Part shown: piece after piece, positions 35,536 to 46,599 of the stretch
Layout: each line of letters begins with the position of its first letter
Position numbering within the stretch: position 1 is the first letter of the stretch
Origin: Candidatus Kuenenia stuttgartensis
GTDB taxonomy: Bacteria > Planctomycetota > Planctomycetia > Pirellulales > UBA1268
Direction: 5' to 3'
Length of the DNA: 64,000 bases
Assembly: GCA_945883745.1 (NCBI GenBank)
Contig: CAMCYH010000003.1
Location: 20-64,019, forward strand
Position numbers and translations under genes: made by a program
The notes under the pieces: model-generated
The model's input: the letters and a program-made list of their open reading frames with translations, nothing else
The model's database searches: none
Told to the model about the DNA's origin: nothing

Positions 35536-38500
35536 ATGGCCACAATTCTCGGCATGGGAAGTTCCTCGCCACACCGCCTGGGTCACCGCTGCGTGTTTCA
35601 CGTGGCCGTCCTGCTGACGGTGGCCGTTGCCTTCGCCGGTGCGGCTGCTCGGGCCGCTGACGGCGAGCCCGTCTCCGTATCTGACGAGACCACGCTCAAG
35701 CTGCTCAAGGCGCTCGACCAGCAGCAGATGCCTGACGTCGTCCTCTGGATTCTCGATCGCGTGGCAGCCGACACTCAGGCCGGCAAGACGCTCAAGCAAG
35801 AGGTGGCCTTTCGGAGAGCCGCTGCCCTGGTGGGGGTGAGCCAGTCAGAAGGCGATGCCGAAAAGCGGGCAGACCTGTTGAATGGCGCCCAGCAGGCCCT
35901 CGACGCGTACCTCGCCAGCGATCCTCCGCTGGAGCGTCGGATCGACGCGCTCATGCAAAAGGGAGGCCTGCTTATCGCCCGCGGCCGCGTGAACCTCGAG
36001 AAGGCGAAGCGGCCCGGGGCAGATGCCACGTCGCTGCGGGCGGCGGCGGTGCCGTTCTTCGACGGAGCCATCGCATCGCTTCAGGGGAAAATGGCCGGAA
36101 AGAAAGAGGCGATCACCGACCTCGGGAATGCCGAGGATGCGGTGCTCAAGGCGTTGCGTGATGCAGACGCCGAGTTACAGGCCGCATCGGGAGGCGATGC
36201 CAAGAACCAAAAAGAGGGAGGCGACGATACGGCCGCGGCCCGGACGTCGCGACCCCGGTCGATCGCGCGGATGGAGGAGGATCGCGAGGAGCTCCGTGGG
36301 AAACTCCTGCAGGTCCGCCTGCTGGTGGCCGATGCCTACTTCGACAAGTCGCAGGCTCTTGCTCCGGCTTCGCAAGAGGCGAAGGCCGCGCTCCAGGCAT
36401 CGACTGATCGGTACGCCGAGCTCTTCAAGAAGTATCCCAATCGCGGTGCGGGATTGCTGGCACGCTGCAACGAGGGACGCAACTACGCGGCGGCTGGGGA
36501 TTGCACCAAGGCCCTGGCAACGCTCGCTGAGATGCTGGCGATCGAGGGCAACGGAGCATTTTTCACCTCCCTCCGCAGTAAGGCGCTCAACGCTTCACTG
36601 CAGTGCTGGCTGGCCGAAAAAAAGTACGAAGCCCTCACCGAACCCTTGCTCCGAATGGCCCTGAGCGGTGTTCCCGCTGATCAACTCGATGGCGACGTTC
36701 TCGGGATGAAGTATCACGGCGCGTTGTTGCTTCAGAAGCAGGCCGCTGCCATGCCCGAGGCTGAGCAGGTGAAGCGTAAGCCGTTGCAGAGGGATGCCGG
36801 CAAGCTTGCGACCGAGGTCGCCAAGGCAGGGCGTGAGTATGCCATCGAAGCCCGCGACCTCCTCGCCGCGCTCGGATCCGATTTCGACAGGGCGATCGCC
36901 GAGGGGGCGTCGTTTGAGACGTTGATGGATCAGGCGAAACTCGCGCTCACAACCATGCAGGAGCAGAGGACCCTGGCGAAGCAGGCGACAGCAGCCAAAG
37001 ACCAGGCTGCTGCAACAGCGGCGACGACGGCCGGCGACGCGGCCCGCACGCAGGCGATTTCCTTCCTGACCAAGTCGCTGGCTGCCGCGGAGGGCACCGA
37101 GATCGATGCGGTCAATGAAACGCGTTACCTGCTTACATACCTGTTCTACGAGGCTGGCCGCTGGCATGACGCCGCGACACTCGGCGGGTTTCTGGCGAAA
37201 CGCTATCCGGGCAGCCGGGGCAGTGATCAGGCTGCCATGATCGCGATGGCAAGTTGGCAGCACCTGCAGAAACAGGCTGATCCGGTATGGGCAGCGGATG
37301 CGCGAGACAACTGCGGCGCGGCTGCCGAGGCCATCATGCGGGGTTGGCCCGACAGCAGATCAGCGGGCGATGCGGCCGTGGTGGCAATCGCGGCTGCCGT
37401 CGATGCACGCGACCCTGACCGAATCGCGTCGGTGCTGCAGGCACTGCCCGCAACATCGCCCCGGCGGGCGGAAGTACTCATGCGGGCCGGCATGGGGCTC
37501 ACACGGCAGGTGCAGGAAGAGCGGAAACTCGAGGGGAATGATCGCGTCGATGATGCGGTTTTGGCCGCCTGGAAAAAACAGGCGGTCGCAGCCCTGGACC
37601 AGGGGCTGGCGGCCGCGAAGGGAATGGCTCCTTCGGCCGTGGCCGTGTCGGCAGCCTTGGCACGGTGTCAGTTGGCCATCGATGACGGTGCCGAAGACGT
37701 CGTGACGGCGGTACTCGAGAACCCGACCTTCGGCCCATGGACGATGGTGAAGGGCAAAATGCCGGCGGGCGTGTCGGAGTCCGTGGTCGGCGCCACCTTG
37801 ACCCTGGCGTTGCGTCACTTCATCGGTACCCAGCAGATCGACAAGGCGCAGCAGGCGATGGACCTCCTCGAGAAGCAGGCCGGCAGCGGCGGTGAGGCGG
37901 CAGCCAAATTGACCGCGCTCTACCTCTCGATGGGACGTGATCTCCAGGATCAGTTGCGCGGCTTGGCTGGCGAGGCGGCGGCGCCGGAGCGGGCTGCCAA
38001 GCTGCTCGCCGGCTTCGAGACGTTTCTCGAACGTGTGGCGGAACGCGACACGAAGATTGCCTCGCAGATGTGGGTGGCGAGCACCTACGACGCCCTCGCG
38101 TCGGGGGAAGGTGCGGGCGCGGTCGTCTCAAAAGTGCAGCGTGAGAAGTACCTTGCCAAGGCGGCCGAGGTCTACGAACGACTCTTGGGAAGCGGGGCGG
38201 CCGAGGTCGCCCAATACGAGCCGACATTGCGACTCAAGATGGCCGGCATCTACCACGATCGTGGGCAGTGGGATGATGCTCGGAAGCACATCGATTGGTT
38301 CCTGACCGATGCCTCTCGGCAAAACATGATCGATGCGCAGATTGCGTCTGCCAAACTCGCTCAGGCCGCCGGTGAGGCCACCACCGATGCGGACGCGGCG
38401 GCGAAGGAATTCCGAGAGGCTGTGAGTGGGGACACGTCTGGTGGGCGGGTCTCGTGGGGCTGGGGCGGCATCGCCAACAAACTGGTGCGACAGGCTTTCA

Positions 38501-38790
38501 CCGGAGCAGACGAGCGGGCCGAGCGGGCCCAGTCGCAATTCTTCGATGCCCGCCTCAACCTCGCGCGGAGTCGACTTGCCTGGGCCGAGAAGTCGGAGAG
38601 CAGCCGTGACAAGCTTTTGGAGATGGCCTTCAACGACGTGGCGATCACCTACAAGCTTTATCCACAACTCGGGGGCGCAGCGACGCGTGCACGCTTCGAC
38701 GCCCTGCTGCGGGAGATTCAGACAGCGCGGGGCGAACCCGCGGATGGGCTCGCGGCAATCGACGCAGCGGCACCGGGAGGAGGCACATGA
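35536..38790 (+). CDS. large exported/membrane-anchored all-helical repeat protein (1084 aa; TPR-like)
   Basis: MATILGMGSSSPHRLGHRCVFHVAVLLTVAVAFAGAAARAADGEP is an N-terminal hydrophobic segment. More than 1000 aa of Ala/Leu/Lys/Glu/Asp-rich sequence with TPR-like periodicity follow. The stop overlaps the next gene's start (ATGA). Confidence 0.75.
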   Translation: MATILGMGSSSPHRLGHRCVFHVAVLLTVAVAFAGAAARAADGEPVSVSDETTLKLLKALDQQQMPDVVLWILDRVAADTQAGKTLKQEVAFRRAAALVGVSQSEGDAEKRADLLNGAQQALDAYLASDPPLERRIDALMQKGGLLIARGRVNLEKAKRPGADATSLRAAAVPFFDGAIASLQGKMAGKKEAITDLGNAEDAVLKALRDADAELQAASGGDAKNQKEGGDDTAAARTSRPRSIARMEEDREELRGKLLQVRLLVADAYFDKSQALAPASQEAKAALQASTDRYAELFKKYPNRGAGLLARCNEGRNYAAAGDCTKALATLAEMLAIEGNGAFFTSLRSKALNASLQCWLAEKKYEALTEPLLRMALSGVPADQLDGDVLGMKYHGALLLQKQAAAMPEAEQVKRKPLQRDAGKLATEVAKAGREYAIEARDLLAALGSDFDRAIAEGASFETLMDQAKLALTTMQEQRTLAKQATAAKDQAAATAATTAGDAARTQAISFLTKSLAAAEGTEIDAVNETRYLLTYLFYEAGRWHDAATLGGFLAKRYPGSRGSDQAAMIAMASWQHLQKQADPVWAADARDNCGAAAEAIMRGWPDSRSAGDAAVVAIAAAVDARDPDRIASVLQALPATSPRRAEVLMRAGMGLTRQVQEERKLEGNDRVDDAVLAAWKKQAVAALDQGLAAAKGMAPSAVAVSAALARCQLAIDDGAEDVVTAVLENPTFGPWTMVKGKMPAGVSESVVGATLTLALRHFIGTQQIDKAQQAMDLLEKQAGSGGEAAAKLTALYLSMGRDLQDQLRGLAGEAAAPERAAKLLAGFETFLERVAERDTKIASQMWVASTYDALASGEGAGAVVSKVQREKYLAKAAEVYERLLGSGAAEVAQYEPTLRLKMAGIYHDRGQWDDARKHIDWFLTDASRQNMIDAQIASAKLAQAAGEATTDADAAAKEFREAVSGDTSGGRVSWGWGGIANKLVRQAFTGADERAERAQSQFFDARLNLARSRLAWAEKSESSRDKLLEMAFNDVAITYKLYPQLGGAATRARFDALLREIQTARGEPADGLAAIDAAAPGGGT

Positions 38791-39950
38791 ACGACGGGCG
38801 AGAGTCACTGGCAACACATGCGGCGGGAGCTTTGATGATGGCGATGCGTCGGCTTTTTTCACGAACGGGACGGAAGCGATTCACGAGCGCCATCATCCTC
38901 ACTGGAATCGTTCTGGTGTGTGCCGTGGTCGGTCCGGCCCCGGTTTTCGGTCAGGCTCCAGGTCGGCTGGTGGCTCCGAATGGCAAGAGTTTGTCAGGCA
39001 CCATCCTCGGCACGAGTCCGACCGATGTTGAAATCGAGGACGAGAATGGTGATCTCAAGCGGGTGCCGCTCGACAAGATCGTGGAAGTGCAGTTCAGCGA
39101 CGAGCCTGCCAAGCTTGCCTCGGCGCGATCATTCCTGATGCGGGGCCGCTCCGGTGACGCCCTTGGTGAATTGGAAAGCGTGCTGGATTCGGAGCTCGAA
39201 GGTGTTCCGGCATTGGTGCTGGCCGAGATGGAGTTTGCCAAGGCGGCGGCCACCGGGCAGATGGCGGTCGAGTCAGGGGACGGTGTTCCCGCCGCCGACG
39301 CCATGGTGACCGCGTTTCTGGCCAAGCATCCGCGGAGTCATCATTTCTTCGAGATGCAGCAGCTGCTGGGCGACCTCCGTGCCAAGGCGAGGAACTTCCC
39401 TGCTGCGATGCAGGCCTTCGATGCGCTATCGAAGGGGCCGGTGGCGTTCAAGATCCGGGCCTCCAGCGGGAAAGGGCAGGTGCTTGTGGACGAAGGAAAG
39501 TTTGCCGAGGCGGTGCGGGAATACGACGCTGCCCTTGCGGTTACTGCCGGCGACGAAGCGAGCCTGATGCGCAAGAGGGAGGCTGCGCTGGGTAAGGCCC
39601 GGGCGCTCTCTCGGCTGGGCAAGCATGCCGATGCGATTAAGCTTGCCAAAGCCACGATTGACGAAGCCGATCCGGAAGATCGTACCCTGCTGTCACGGGC
39701 GTATGTCGTGCTCGGCAGCCTCTATCGCGCGATGGAGGGCAAGGATCAAGACGCGTTGATCGCCTATCTCACGGTCGATTTGGTCTACAACACCGTTCCG
39801 GACAGCCATGCCGAGGCCCTCTATTACCTGAGCGAATTGTGGGGCAAGGCACGTGAAGAACAGCGGGCACGTCAGAGTGGCCAGATTCTGCGAGATGCCT
39901 ATCCGCAGAGTGGGTGGGCCAAGAAGCTGACTGCCGGTGGCAAAACGTAG
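38787..39950 (+). CDS. exported TPR-like repeat protein (387 aa)
   Basis: The signal-anchor is RKRFTSAIILTGIVLVCAVVGPAPVFGQAP. A short Gly/Ser/Asp-rich region follows, then TPR-like helices (GKFAEAVREYDAALAV..., ALSRLGKHADAIKLAKATI...). The gene is translationally coupled to the upstream gene. Confidence 0.7.
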   Translation: MNDGRESLATHAAGALMMAMRRLFSRTGRKRFTSAIILTGIVLVCAVVGPAPVFGQAPGRLVAPNGKSLSGTILGTSPTDVEIEDENGDLKRVPLDKIVEVQFSDEPAKLASARSFLMRGRSGDALGELESVLDSELEGVPALVLAEMEFAKAAATGQMAVESGDGVPAADAMVTAFLAKHPRSHHFFEMQQLLGDLRAKARNFPAAMQAFDALSKGPVAFKIRASSGKGQVLVDEGKFAEAVREYDAALAVTAGDEASLMRKREAALGKARALSRLGKHADAIKLAKATIDEADPEDRTLLSRAYVVLGSLYRAMEGKDQDALIAYLTVDLVYNTVPDSHAEALYYLSELWGKAREEQRARQSGQILRDAYPQSGWAKKLTAGGKT

Positions 39951-40038
39951 TGAGGAGCCTCCCGGCAGCATTGCACGCGGCCGCCAAGAAGGCATACTCT
40001 CAAAGAATTCACGCGGGTCAAATAGCAAGGAGAGACGC

Positions 40039-40860
40039 ATGTGTCAGGGTGTCGATGGCGAAGGGTATGCTCGTTCGTGGTGGCGGGCCATCGGGGCGCG
40101 GCTCGGCGGTGGTGTCATGCTGGCGATTGCCTTGCTTGCCGTGACGGTGGCACCAGCGGTCATGTTTCCAAGCGTCGCCGTCGCGCAGGATGGGGCAGCC
40201 GCTGATGACGCAGCGGAAGGAGGAGGCGGAGGGGAGAGTGCCCTCATGTATTACGCCAAGGCCTGCGGGCCCGTGTTTGGTCCAGCCTTTCTGCTTTTGT
40301 CATTTTTCTTTGTGTCGATCCTCGTCATGTGTCTCCTGCAGATTCGTCGGGCGGTCGTGATGCCGGAGGGATTGCGTGGAGAGTTCGAGGCCCGGCTCGA
40401 TGCCAAGGAGTACCAGCAGGCCTACGAACTTGTGAAGGACGATGACTCCTATTTTGGCAAGGTGATGGCGGCCGGCATGGCAAAAATCCAGTCCGGGTAT
40501 CCGATTGCCGTCGAGGCGATGCAAAGTGTGGCTGCCGAACAGGGGATGGCGTTGGAACACAAGGTGAGCTACGTGTCTCTCGTGGGTGCCATCGCCCCGA
40601 TGCTGGGGCTCCTTGGTACCGTCGCCGGCATGGTTGGTAGCTTCCAGGTAATCGCGCAGTCCGCGACGGCGCCCAAGCCTTCGGAGTTGGCAACCGGTAT
40701 CTCTCAGGCGCTGGTGACGACGCTCATTGGAATCATGCTGGCGATCCCGGCGATTGCAGCCTTTGTGCTCCTGAAAAACTGGCTGCAGACCTTGAATGCC
40801 GATGTTGATGCCGAAAGCTCGCGGCTCATGTCGCGGTTTCAGGGTGTGAGCAAGAAGTAG
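40039..40860 (+). CDS. exbB: MotA/TolQ/ExbB proton-channel family protein
   Basis: The ATG is preceded by AAGGAGAG. An N-terminal signal-like segment and an acidic/Gly linker precede three TM helices. The conserved C-terminal block is LVGAIAPMLGLLGTVAGMVGSFQVI...GISQALVTTLIGIMLAIPAIAAF. Confidence 0.85.
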   Translation: MCQGVDGEGYARSWWRAIGARLGGGVMLAIALLAVTVAPAVMFPSVAVAQDGAAADDAAEGGGGGESALMYYAKACGPVFGPAFLLLSFFFVSILVMCLLQIRRAVVMPEGLRGEFEARLDAKEYQQAYELVKDDDSYFGKVMAAGMAKIQSGYPIAVEAMQSVAAEQGMALEHKVSYVSLVGAIAPMLGLLGTVAGMVGSFQVIAQSATAPKPSELATGISQALVTTLIGIMLAIPAIAAFVLLKNWLQTLNADVDAESSRLMSRFQGVSKK

Positions 40861-40875
40861 CGAGGAGAAGTTGCC

Positions 40876-41316
40876 ATGGGTCGTCGAAGCGAGGGGCCGT
40901 CGACAACCGAGGTCGATATGACACCCATGATCGACATCGTGTTTCAGTTGATGACCTTTTTTATCTTCACACTCAACTTCTCCGAGGCGGAGCAGGATGA
41001 CCGAATCCAGCTTCCTCTGAGTCAACTCGCCAAGCCGGTGCCCGGCCCCGTGGAAAAGCCGATTACGCTGCAGGTCACCAGCACCAATTCGGTCATCTAT
41101 GCCGGCGAACTGGTGCCGGTTGTCCAGATCGGCGGGTACTTGGAGAGGGAGAAGGCATCGCTCGTCAATGCGGGCCGTCAGCCGGCCGATGCCACGGTGA
41201 TCGTCCGGGCCGACGGCCGGGCCAAGACGGGCGAGGTGCAGGAAGTCGTGAAGATCTGCCAGGAGAAGGGGTTCGAGAAATTTGCCCTACGGGCCCAGTA
41301 CGACGAGCGGGAGTGA
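40876..41316 (+). CDS. exbD: ExbD/TolR-family biopolymer transport protein
   Basis: VDMTPMIDIVFQLMTFFIF is a TM helix containing the conserved Asp. A periplasmic domain (ATVIVRADGRAKTGEVQEVVKICQEKG) follows. RBS GAGGAG. Confidence 0.85.
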   Translation: MGRRSEGPSTTEVDMTPMIDIVFQLMTFFIFTLNFSEAEQDDRIQLPLSQLAKPVPGPVEKPITLQVTSTNSVIYAGELVPVVQIGGYLEREKASLVNAGRQPADATVIVRADGRAKTGEVQEVVKICQEKGFEKFALRAQYDERE

Positions 41317-41322
41317 CACGAC

Positions 41323-41808
41323 ATGGCGCGGCGGGAGTCAGGTTCGTTCGACCGAATTAATCCGGACATGACTCCGATGATCGACGTCGTGTTTCAGTTG
41401 CTCACGTTTTTTATGCTGACGCTCAAATCGGTGATCCCCGAGGGGGACTTCGACATTCGCATGCCGCTGGGTGCCGCAGCTGCGGCTGCTCCGGATGACC
41501 AACTGGTGCCACCGATCCGCGTGAAGATGACGGCGGCGGCTGACGGCCGGCTGGCTGGCATGACGATGAACGGATCCCCCATCCGGGACTTTGACGACCT
41601 GCGAAACAAGGTGGTCGGCATCGTCGGTACCGACACCGGGCCGAACTCACTGGCCGAGAATACGGAAGTGGAACTCGACTGCGACTATGGTCTCTCGTAT
41701 GAGAATGTCGTGCAGGCGATCACCTCGGTGTCGGGCATGGTGCGGGATGGGCAGATTGTCGAGTTGATCAAGAAGATCAAGTTCACCCCGGTGAAGAGCG
41801 GCAAGTAG
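41323..41808 (+). CDS. exbD: ExbD/TolR-family biopolymer transport protein (second paralogue)
   Basis: INPDMTPMIDVVFQLLTFFMLTL. The start lies 6 nt after the preceding stop. Confidence 0.85.
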   Translation: MARRESGSFDRINPDMTPMIDVVFQLLTFFMLTLKSVIPEGDFDIRMPLGAAAAAAPDDQLVPPIRVKMTAAADGRLAGMTMNGSPIRDFDDLRNKVVGIVGTDTGPNSLAENTEVELDCDYGLSYENVVQAITSVSGMVRDGQIVELIKKIKFTPVKSGK

Positions 41809-41906
41809 GGTGACTTGGTACGCTCGCTTCGGGCACTCAGAATGGTGAGGGTTCGTCCAGCCAGCCGCCAGGCGCAGGCCGGCGGGATGACGCACCAGTC
41901 GCCCCG

Positions 41907-42872
41907 TCACCGCCGGGGGTGAAACTTTTCATGGACACCCTTCAGGCGGCTGGCGTCGACATGGGTGTATCGTTGGGTGGTGGCGATGCTCGCATGGCCG
42001 AGCATTTCCTGCACATGGCGGAGATCGACGCCGCCGGAAACCAGGTGCGTGGCGAAGCTGTGCCGCAGCGTGTGGGGCCCGATGTCGGGCGGCACACCGG
42101 CCTCCATGGCGTGGGTCCGCACGATCTCCCAGATCCGCATCCGGGAGAGGCGGTTGCCCCGGGAGGAAAGCACGGCCCACGGGGGGCTGCCGGCGCGGAT
42201 GGCGAAGGCCGGCCGTGTATCGGTCAGCCAGGCGGAGAGCGCCGCGACGGCCCGACGTCCCAGAGGAACCACCCGCTCCTTGTCTCCCTTGCCATGGCAT
42301 GTGCAGAACTGCTCGCCGAGGTGGACGTCTGAGATCTGCATAGCCGACACCTCCGACGCCCGGCAGCCCGTGGCGTAGAGCAGTTCAAGCACCGCCCGAT
42401 CGCGATTGCCCGTGGGCGTGGCATGGTCGGGATTCGCCAGCAGTCGATCGACCTGATCCGGAGTGAGCACACCGGGAATGGTGTCGTCGCGGCGGCCCGG
42501 AGCGAGCAGGTCCGCCGGGCTTTCCGTGACCAGACCCTCCAGTTGGAGAAAAGCGAAGAACGTCCGCAGCGTGGCAGCCTGACGGGCAATGCTGGCGCGA
42601 GCGAGACCACGGGTTCCGAGGTGGGCGAGGTAGTCGCCGAGATCACGAACCGACAATCCGGCCGGAGCGCGACCACCGAGCCATTCTGCGAAGGTTTCCA
42701 GATCGCGGCGGTAGGCGGCCTGCGTATTCGCGGAGAGTGCCCGCTCGTGGCGGATGTAGTCGAGAAACCGACGGGTGAGCGTGGTTGTCGACCCTCGTTC
42801 GACGGAGTGATCCGCCGACCCGTCGGCAACAATCCGTCGCGTCCTCGGCCGGCGATGCTTGTCGGAGGCCAT
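41907..42872 (-). CDS. xerD: tyrosine site-specific recombinase XerD/XerC family
   Basis: FLDYIRHERALSANTQAAYRRDLETFAEWL (SAM-like N-domain) and HTLRHSFATHLVSGGVDLRHVQEMLGHASIATTQRYTHV (R-H-R-Y catalytic region). I chose the internal ATG at the complement of 42870-42872. Confidence 0.85.
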   Translation of the reverse strand: MASDKHRRPRTRRIVADGSADHSVERGSTTTLTRRFLDYIRHERALSANTQAAYRRDLETFAEWLGGRAPAGLSVRDLGDYLAHLGTRGLARASIARQAATLRTFFAFLQLEGLVTESPADLLAPGRRDDTIPGVLTPDQVDRLLANPDHATPTGNRDRAVLELLYATGCRASEVSAMQISDVHLGEQFCTCHGKGDKERVVPLGRRAVAALSAWLTDTRPAFAIRAGSPPWAVLSSRGNRLSRMRIWEIVRTHAMEAGVPPDIGPHTLRHSFATHLVSGGVDLRHVQEMLGHASIATTQRYTHVDASRLKGVHEKFHPRR

Positions 42873-42897
42873 GCCGCGGCTGATCCTGATGGGAGCG

Positions 42898-45800
42898 CTA
42901 GTCGGTGTCGTAGCCAAGGTTGGGTGCCAGCCACCGCTCCGCCTCGGCCAGCGGCATCCCCTTGCGGGCCGCGTAGGCCTCGACCTGCTCGCGGGTGATC
43001 CGGTCCACCGCAAAATATCGGCTGTCAGGGTGGGCAAAATAGAGCCCGCTCACGCTGGCGGCGGGCGCCATGGCACAGTTTTCCGTCAGCGTCATGCCCG
43101 CAGCCTCCCCGACCTCCAAGAGTTGGAAGATCGACCGTTTTTCCGTGTGATCAGGGCAGGCGGGATACCCCGGAGCCGGCCGAATACCGCGATACTCCTC
43201 ATTGATCATCTGCTCGGAAGAAAGCTGCTCCTCCCGGCCGTATCCCCACTCGCACCGCACCTTTGCATGCAGCCATTCGGCGAACGCTTCGGCGAGTCGG
43301 TCGGCGATCGCCTTGACCAAAATAGCCGAATAGTCGTCGTGCTCCCGCTCGAACCGGCCGGCAAGTTCATCGCAGCCATGGCCCGTCGTACAGGCGAAGG
43401 CACCGATGTAGTCACGCCGTCCACTCTCACGCGGCGCCACGAAGTCGGCGAGGGCATGAAACGCGTCCTGCCCCTTTCTCTCCCACTGCTGCCTGAGCGT
43501 ATGCAATCGCATCGATTCAGTGGATCGCGAATCATCCGTGGAGAGCACGATGTCGTCACCGTCGGAGTGGGCCGGGAAGAAACCGTAGACACCCTTGGCG
43601 ACGAGGGAACGATCGCGGACGATCTGGTCAAGGAGCCGCAGTGCGTCCTCGTGCAGTGCGCGGGCTTCGGTACCGACGACCGGATCGTCAAAGATCGCGG
43701 GATACTTTCCCCTCAATTCCCACGACATGAAGAATGGGGACCAGTCGATGTAGGGAATCAGGGTCGATAACGGCACGTCGTCGAGCCGCCGGATCCCTAG
43801 GAATTCGGGCGTGTCGATCCGTGCCGTAGCCCAGTCGCAGGTCCAGCGCCTAGCCCGTGCTGTCTCGTACGGCACGAGCGTGGTCTCCTGCCGACGCTTG
43901 AAGGTTTCGACATCCCGCTGCTGGGCCGTACGATTGGCGGCCGAGAAAACGGACTTCTGGGAGGGATTGAGCAGTTTCTCGACGACACCCGCCGCCCGCG
44001 AGGCATCAACGACGTGGACGACGTCGCCGGAGTATTTCGGGGCAATTTTCACGGCGGTGTGTCTGGCCGAGGTCGTCGCGCCCCCAATCAACAGCGGCAC
44101 GGCGAATTTCTCGTGCTCAAACTCCTGGGCCACCTGCACCATCTCGTCGAGGCTGGGTGTGATGAGGCCGCTCAATCCGACGATATCGGCCCGGCAGGCC
44201 CGCGCTTCGTCGATGATCTTGGCGCAGGGCACCATGACCCCGAGGTCGATGATTTCATACCCATTGCAGCCAAGTACGACGCCCACGATGTTCTTGCCGA
44301 TGTCGTGGACATCTCCCTTCACGGTCGCCAGAAGGACGCGGCCCCGGTTGGTCTGCTCGGCTCCCTGGGCCTTCCGCTCTTCTTCCATGTAGGGGAGGAG
44401 ATGGTTCACCGCCCGCTTCATGACGCGGGCGCTCTTCACCACCTGGGGCAGGAACATCTTGCCTTCGCCGAACAGGTCCCCGACCGTCTGCATGCCCCGC
44501 ATGAGCGGTCCCTCGATGATCTCGAGGCTGGTGGTATATTTCGTGCGGGCCTCTTCCACGTCCTCTTCGACGTGTTCGACAAGACCCTTGATGAGTGCGT
44601 GGGCCAGGCGGCCCTCGACGTCGAGGGCCCGCCAGGCGTCGGCCTTGGCGGGATCGGCTCCACCACGGCTCTTGACTGTTTCCGCAAACTCGATGAGCCG
44701 GTCTGTCGAGTCGGACCGACGGTCGAAAAGTACGTCCTCGATTCGTGTGAGCAGTTCGGGCTCGATCTCCTCATAGACCGCGAGTTGGCCGGCGTTGACG
44801 ATCCCCATATCCATGCCGGCCCGAATCGCATGATAGAGGAAGGCCGAGTGCATCGCCTCCCGAACGGCGTCGTTGCCTCGGAATGAGAAGGAAATGTTGC
44901 TCACACCCCCCGACACCTTGACCAGCGGCATCGCCTGTTTGATCTGCCGCGTGGCCTCGATGAAGTTGATCGCGTAGCGGTTGTGTTCCTCCATACCGGT
45001 GGCGACGGTGAGAATGTTCGGATCGAAGATGATGTCTTCGGGGGCAAACCCGGCCTGCTCCGTCAGGAGCCGGTAGGCCCGTCGACAAATCGACACGCGG
45101 CGGTCGACGTCGGTGGCCTGTCCTTCCTCGTCGAAGGCCATGACAACGACCGCGGCGCCGTAGCGACGGATCGTGCGGGCCTGCCGCAGAAACGTCTCCT
45201 CTCCTTCCTTCAGACTGATCGAGTTGACGATCCCCTTGCCCTGTAGGCACTTGAGGCCTGCCTCGAGCACCTCCCAGCGGGAACTGTCGATCATTACCGG
45301 CACGCGGGAAACGTCTGGTTCGCTGGAGAGAAGCGTGAGAAACTTGGTCATCGCCGCGGGGCCGTCGAGCATCCCTTCGTCAACGTTGACATCGATGATG
45401 TTGGCACCACTTTCGACCTGCTGCCGGGCGACGCCGACCGCCTCTTCGTACCGCTCTTCCCGGATGAGTCGGGCAAAGGCGCGGGAGCCAGTCACGTTGG
45501 TTCGCTCCCCGACGATCGTAAAACTCGTCTCGGGACGAATCTCCAGCAGTTCAAGGCCGGAGTAGCGGGACCGTCGCGGCAGGGCGGCGGGCGTGCGCGG
45601 CGGATAGGGGGCAACGGCCTCCGCGATCGCCTTGATGTGTGCCGGAGTCGTGCCACAACAGCCGCCGACGACGTTGAGCCAGCCCTCGCGGGCGAACTCG
45701 CCGAGCACCGAGGCCATCATCTCCGGGGTCTCGTCGAAACCGCCCAGGGCGTTGGGCATGCCGGCATTGGGGTAGCAACTCACCAGCCGAGGAGCGATCC

Positions 45801-46599
45801 GCGACAAGTCGGCCAGATGCGTTCGCAGCTTCTCAGGTCCGAGCGCACAATTCATGCCCACGCTCAACAGGTCGACGTGGGAGAGGCTTTCCCAACAGGC
45901 TTCCACGGTCTGGGCGGAGAGCGTGCGGCCGCCCTCGAAGACTGTGAACGAGGCCATGACCGGCACGCGGATGCCGGTGTCAATAAAGACCTGTTCGATC
46001 GCGAACAAGCAGCTTTTGAGCACCAGCGTGTCGAACGCGGTTTCGGCGAGCAGAAGGTCGACGCCGCCTTCCAAGAGCGCCTCGACCTGCTCGCGATAGT
46101 AGTCCACCATCTCGTCGAATGTGACATCGCGATGGCCGGGATCCGCGACGTTTCCCGCGATCGACAGCTGCTTGTTGGTCGGGCCAATCGAGCCAGCCAC
46201 GAAGCGGGGCCGGTTGGGAGTCCCAGCCTCCACGGTAGCAACGGCCTCCCGGGCTAGCCGCGCTGCGGCGAGATTGATCTCGCGGGTGCGGTCACCGAGG
46301 CCGAAGTCGGCCAGGGCCACGCGGGTCGCCCCGAACGTATTGGTCTCGACGATATCCGCACCGGCCTCCAGGTAGGCGGTATGAATGCCCCGGATCGCAT
46401 CCCCCTGGGTCAGAGTGAGGATGTCGATGCAATTCTTCAGGTCCTTGGCATGATCGCGGAACAGGTCGCCGCGAAATCCCTGCTCGTCCAGGGCGAGGGC
46501 ATGCACCATCGTGCCCATCGCGCCGTCGAGAATGACGATCCGTTCGGAGAGAAGGGTGCGAAGGAGATCAGCTCGGGAGGCGGGAGGCAAACTCGGCAT
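42898..46599 (-). CDS. metH: cobalamin-dependent methionine synthase
   Basis: A 1233-aa multidomain protein. It has the Hcy-binding domain (ILDGAMGT), a pterin-binding domain, the B12-binding motif [10 protein letters not shown] and a C-terminal AdoMet activation domain. Confidence 0.95.
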   Translation of the reverse strand: MPSLPPASRADLLRTLLSERIVILDGAMGTMVHALALDEQGFRGDLFRDHAKDLKNCIDILTLTQGDAIRGIHTAYLEAGADIVETNTFGATRVALADFGLGDRTREINLAAARLAREAVATVEAGTPNRPRFVAGSIGPTNKQLSIAGNVADPGHRDVTFDEMVDYYREQVEALLEGGVDLLLAETAFDTLVLKSCLFAIEQVFIDTGIRVPVMASFTVFEGGRTLSAQTVEACWESLSHVDLLSVGMNCALGPEKLRTHLADLSRIAPRLVSCYPNAGMPNALGGFDETPEMMASVLGEFAREGWLNVVGGCCGTTPAHIKAIAEAVAPYPPRTPAALPRRSRYSGLELLEIRPETSFTIVGERTNVTGSRAFARLIREERYEEAVGVARQQVESGANIIDVNVDEGMLDGPAAMTKFLTLLSSEPDVSRVPVMIDSSRWEVLEAGLKCLQGKGIVNSISLKEGEETFLRQARTIRRYGAAVVVMAFDEEGQATDVDRRVSICRRAYRLLTEQAGFAPEDIIFDPNILTVATGMEEHNRYAINFIEATRQIKQAMPLVKVSGGVSNISFSFRGNDAVREAMHSAFLYHAIRAGMDMGIVNAGQLAVYEEIEPELLTRIEDVLFDRRSDSTDRLIEFAETVKSRGGADPAKADAWRALDVEGRLAHALIKGLVEHVEEDVEEARTKYTTSLEIIEGPLMRGMQTVGDLFGEGKMFLPQVVKSARVMKRAVNHLLPYMEEERKAQGAEQTNRGRVLLATVKGDVHDIGKNIVGVVLGCNGYEIIDLGVMVPCAKIIDEARACRADIVGLSGLITPSLDEMVQVAQEFEHEKFAVPLLIGGATTSARHTAVKIAPKYSGDVVHVVDASRAAGVVEKLLNPSQKSVFSAANRTAQQRDVETFKRRQETTLVPYETARARRWTCDWATARIDTPEFLGIRRLDDVPLSTLIPYIDWSPFFMSWELRGKYPAIFDDPVVGTEARALHEDALRLLDQIVRDRSLVAKGVYGFFPAHSDGDDIVLSTDDSRSTESMRLHTLRQQWERKGQDAFHALADFVAPRESGRRDYIGAFACTTGHGCDELAGRFEREHDDYSAILVKAIADRLAEAFAEWLHAKVRCEWGYGREEQLSSEQMINEEYRGIRPAPGYPACPDHTEKRSIFQLLEVGEAAGMTLTENCAMAPAASVSGLYFAHPDSRYFAVDRITREQVEAYAARKGMPLAEAERWLAPNLGYDTD

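Noticed and set aside
41907-42872. A tyrosine recombinase as a marker of an integrated mobile element or genomic island.
   Set aside because: The sequence has canonical XerD/XerC features. It sits 25 nt downstream of metH on the same strand. There is no adjacent tRNA, direct repeat, phage or transposase gene, and composition does not change. It is most simply the chromosomal dimer-resolution recombinase.
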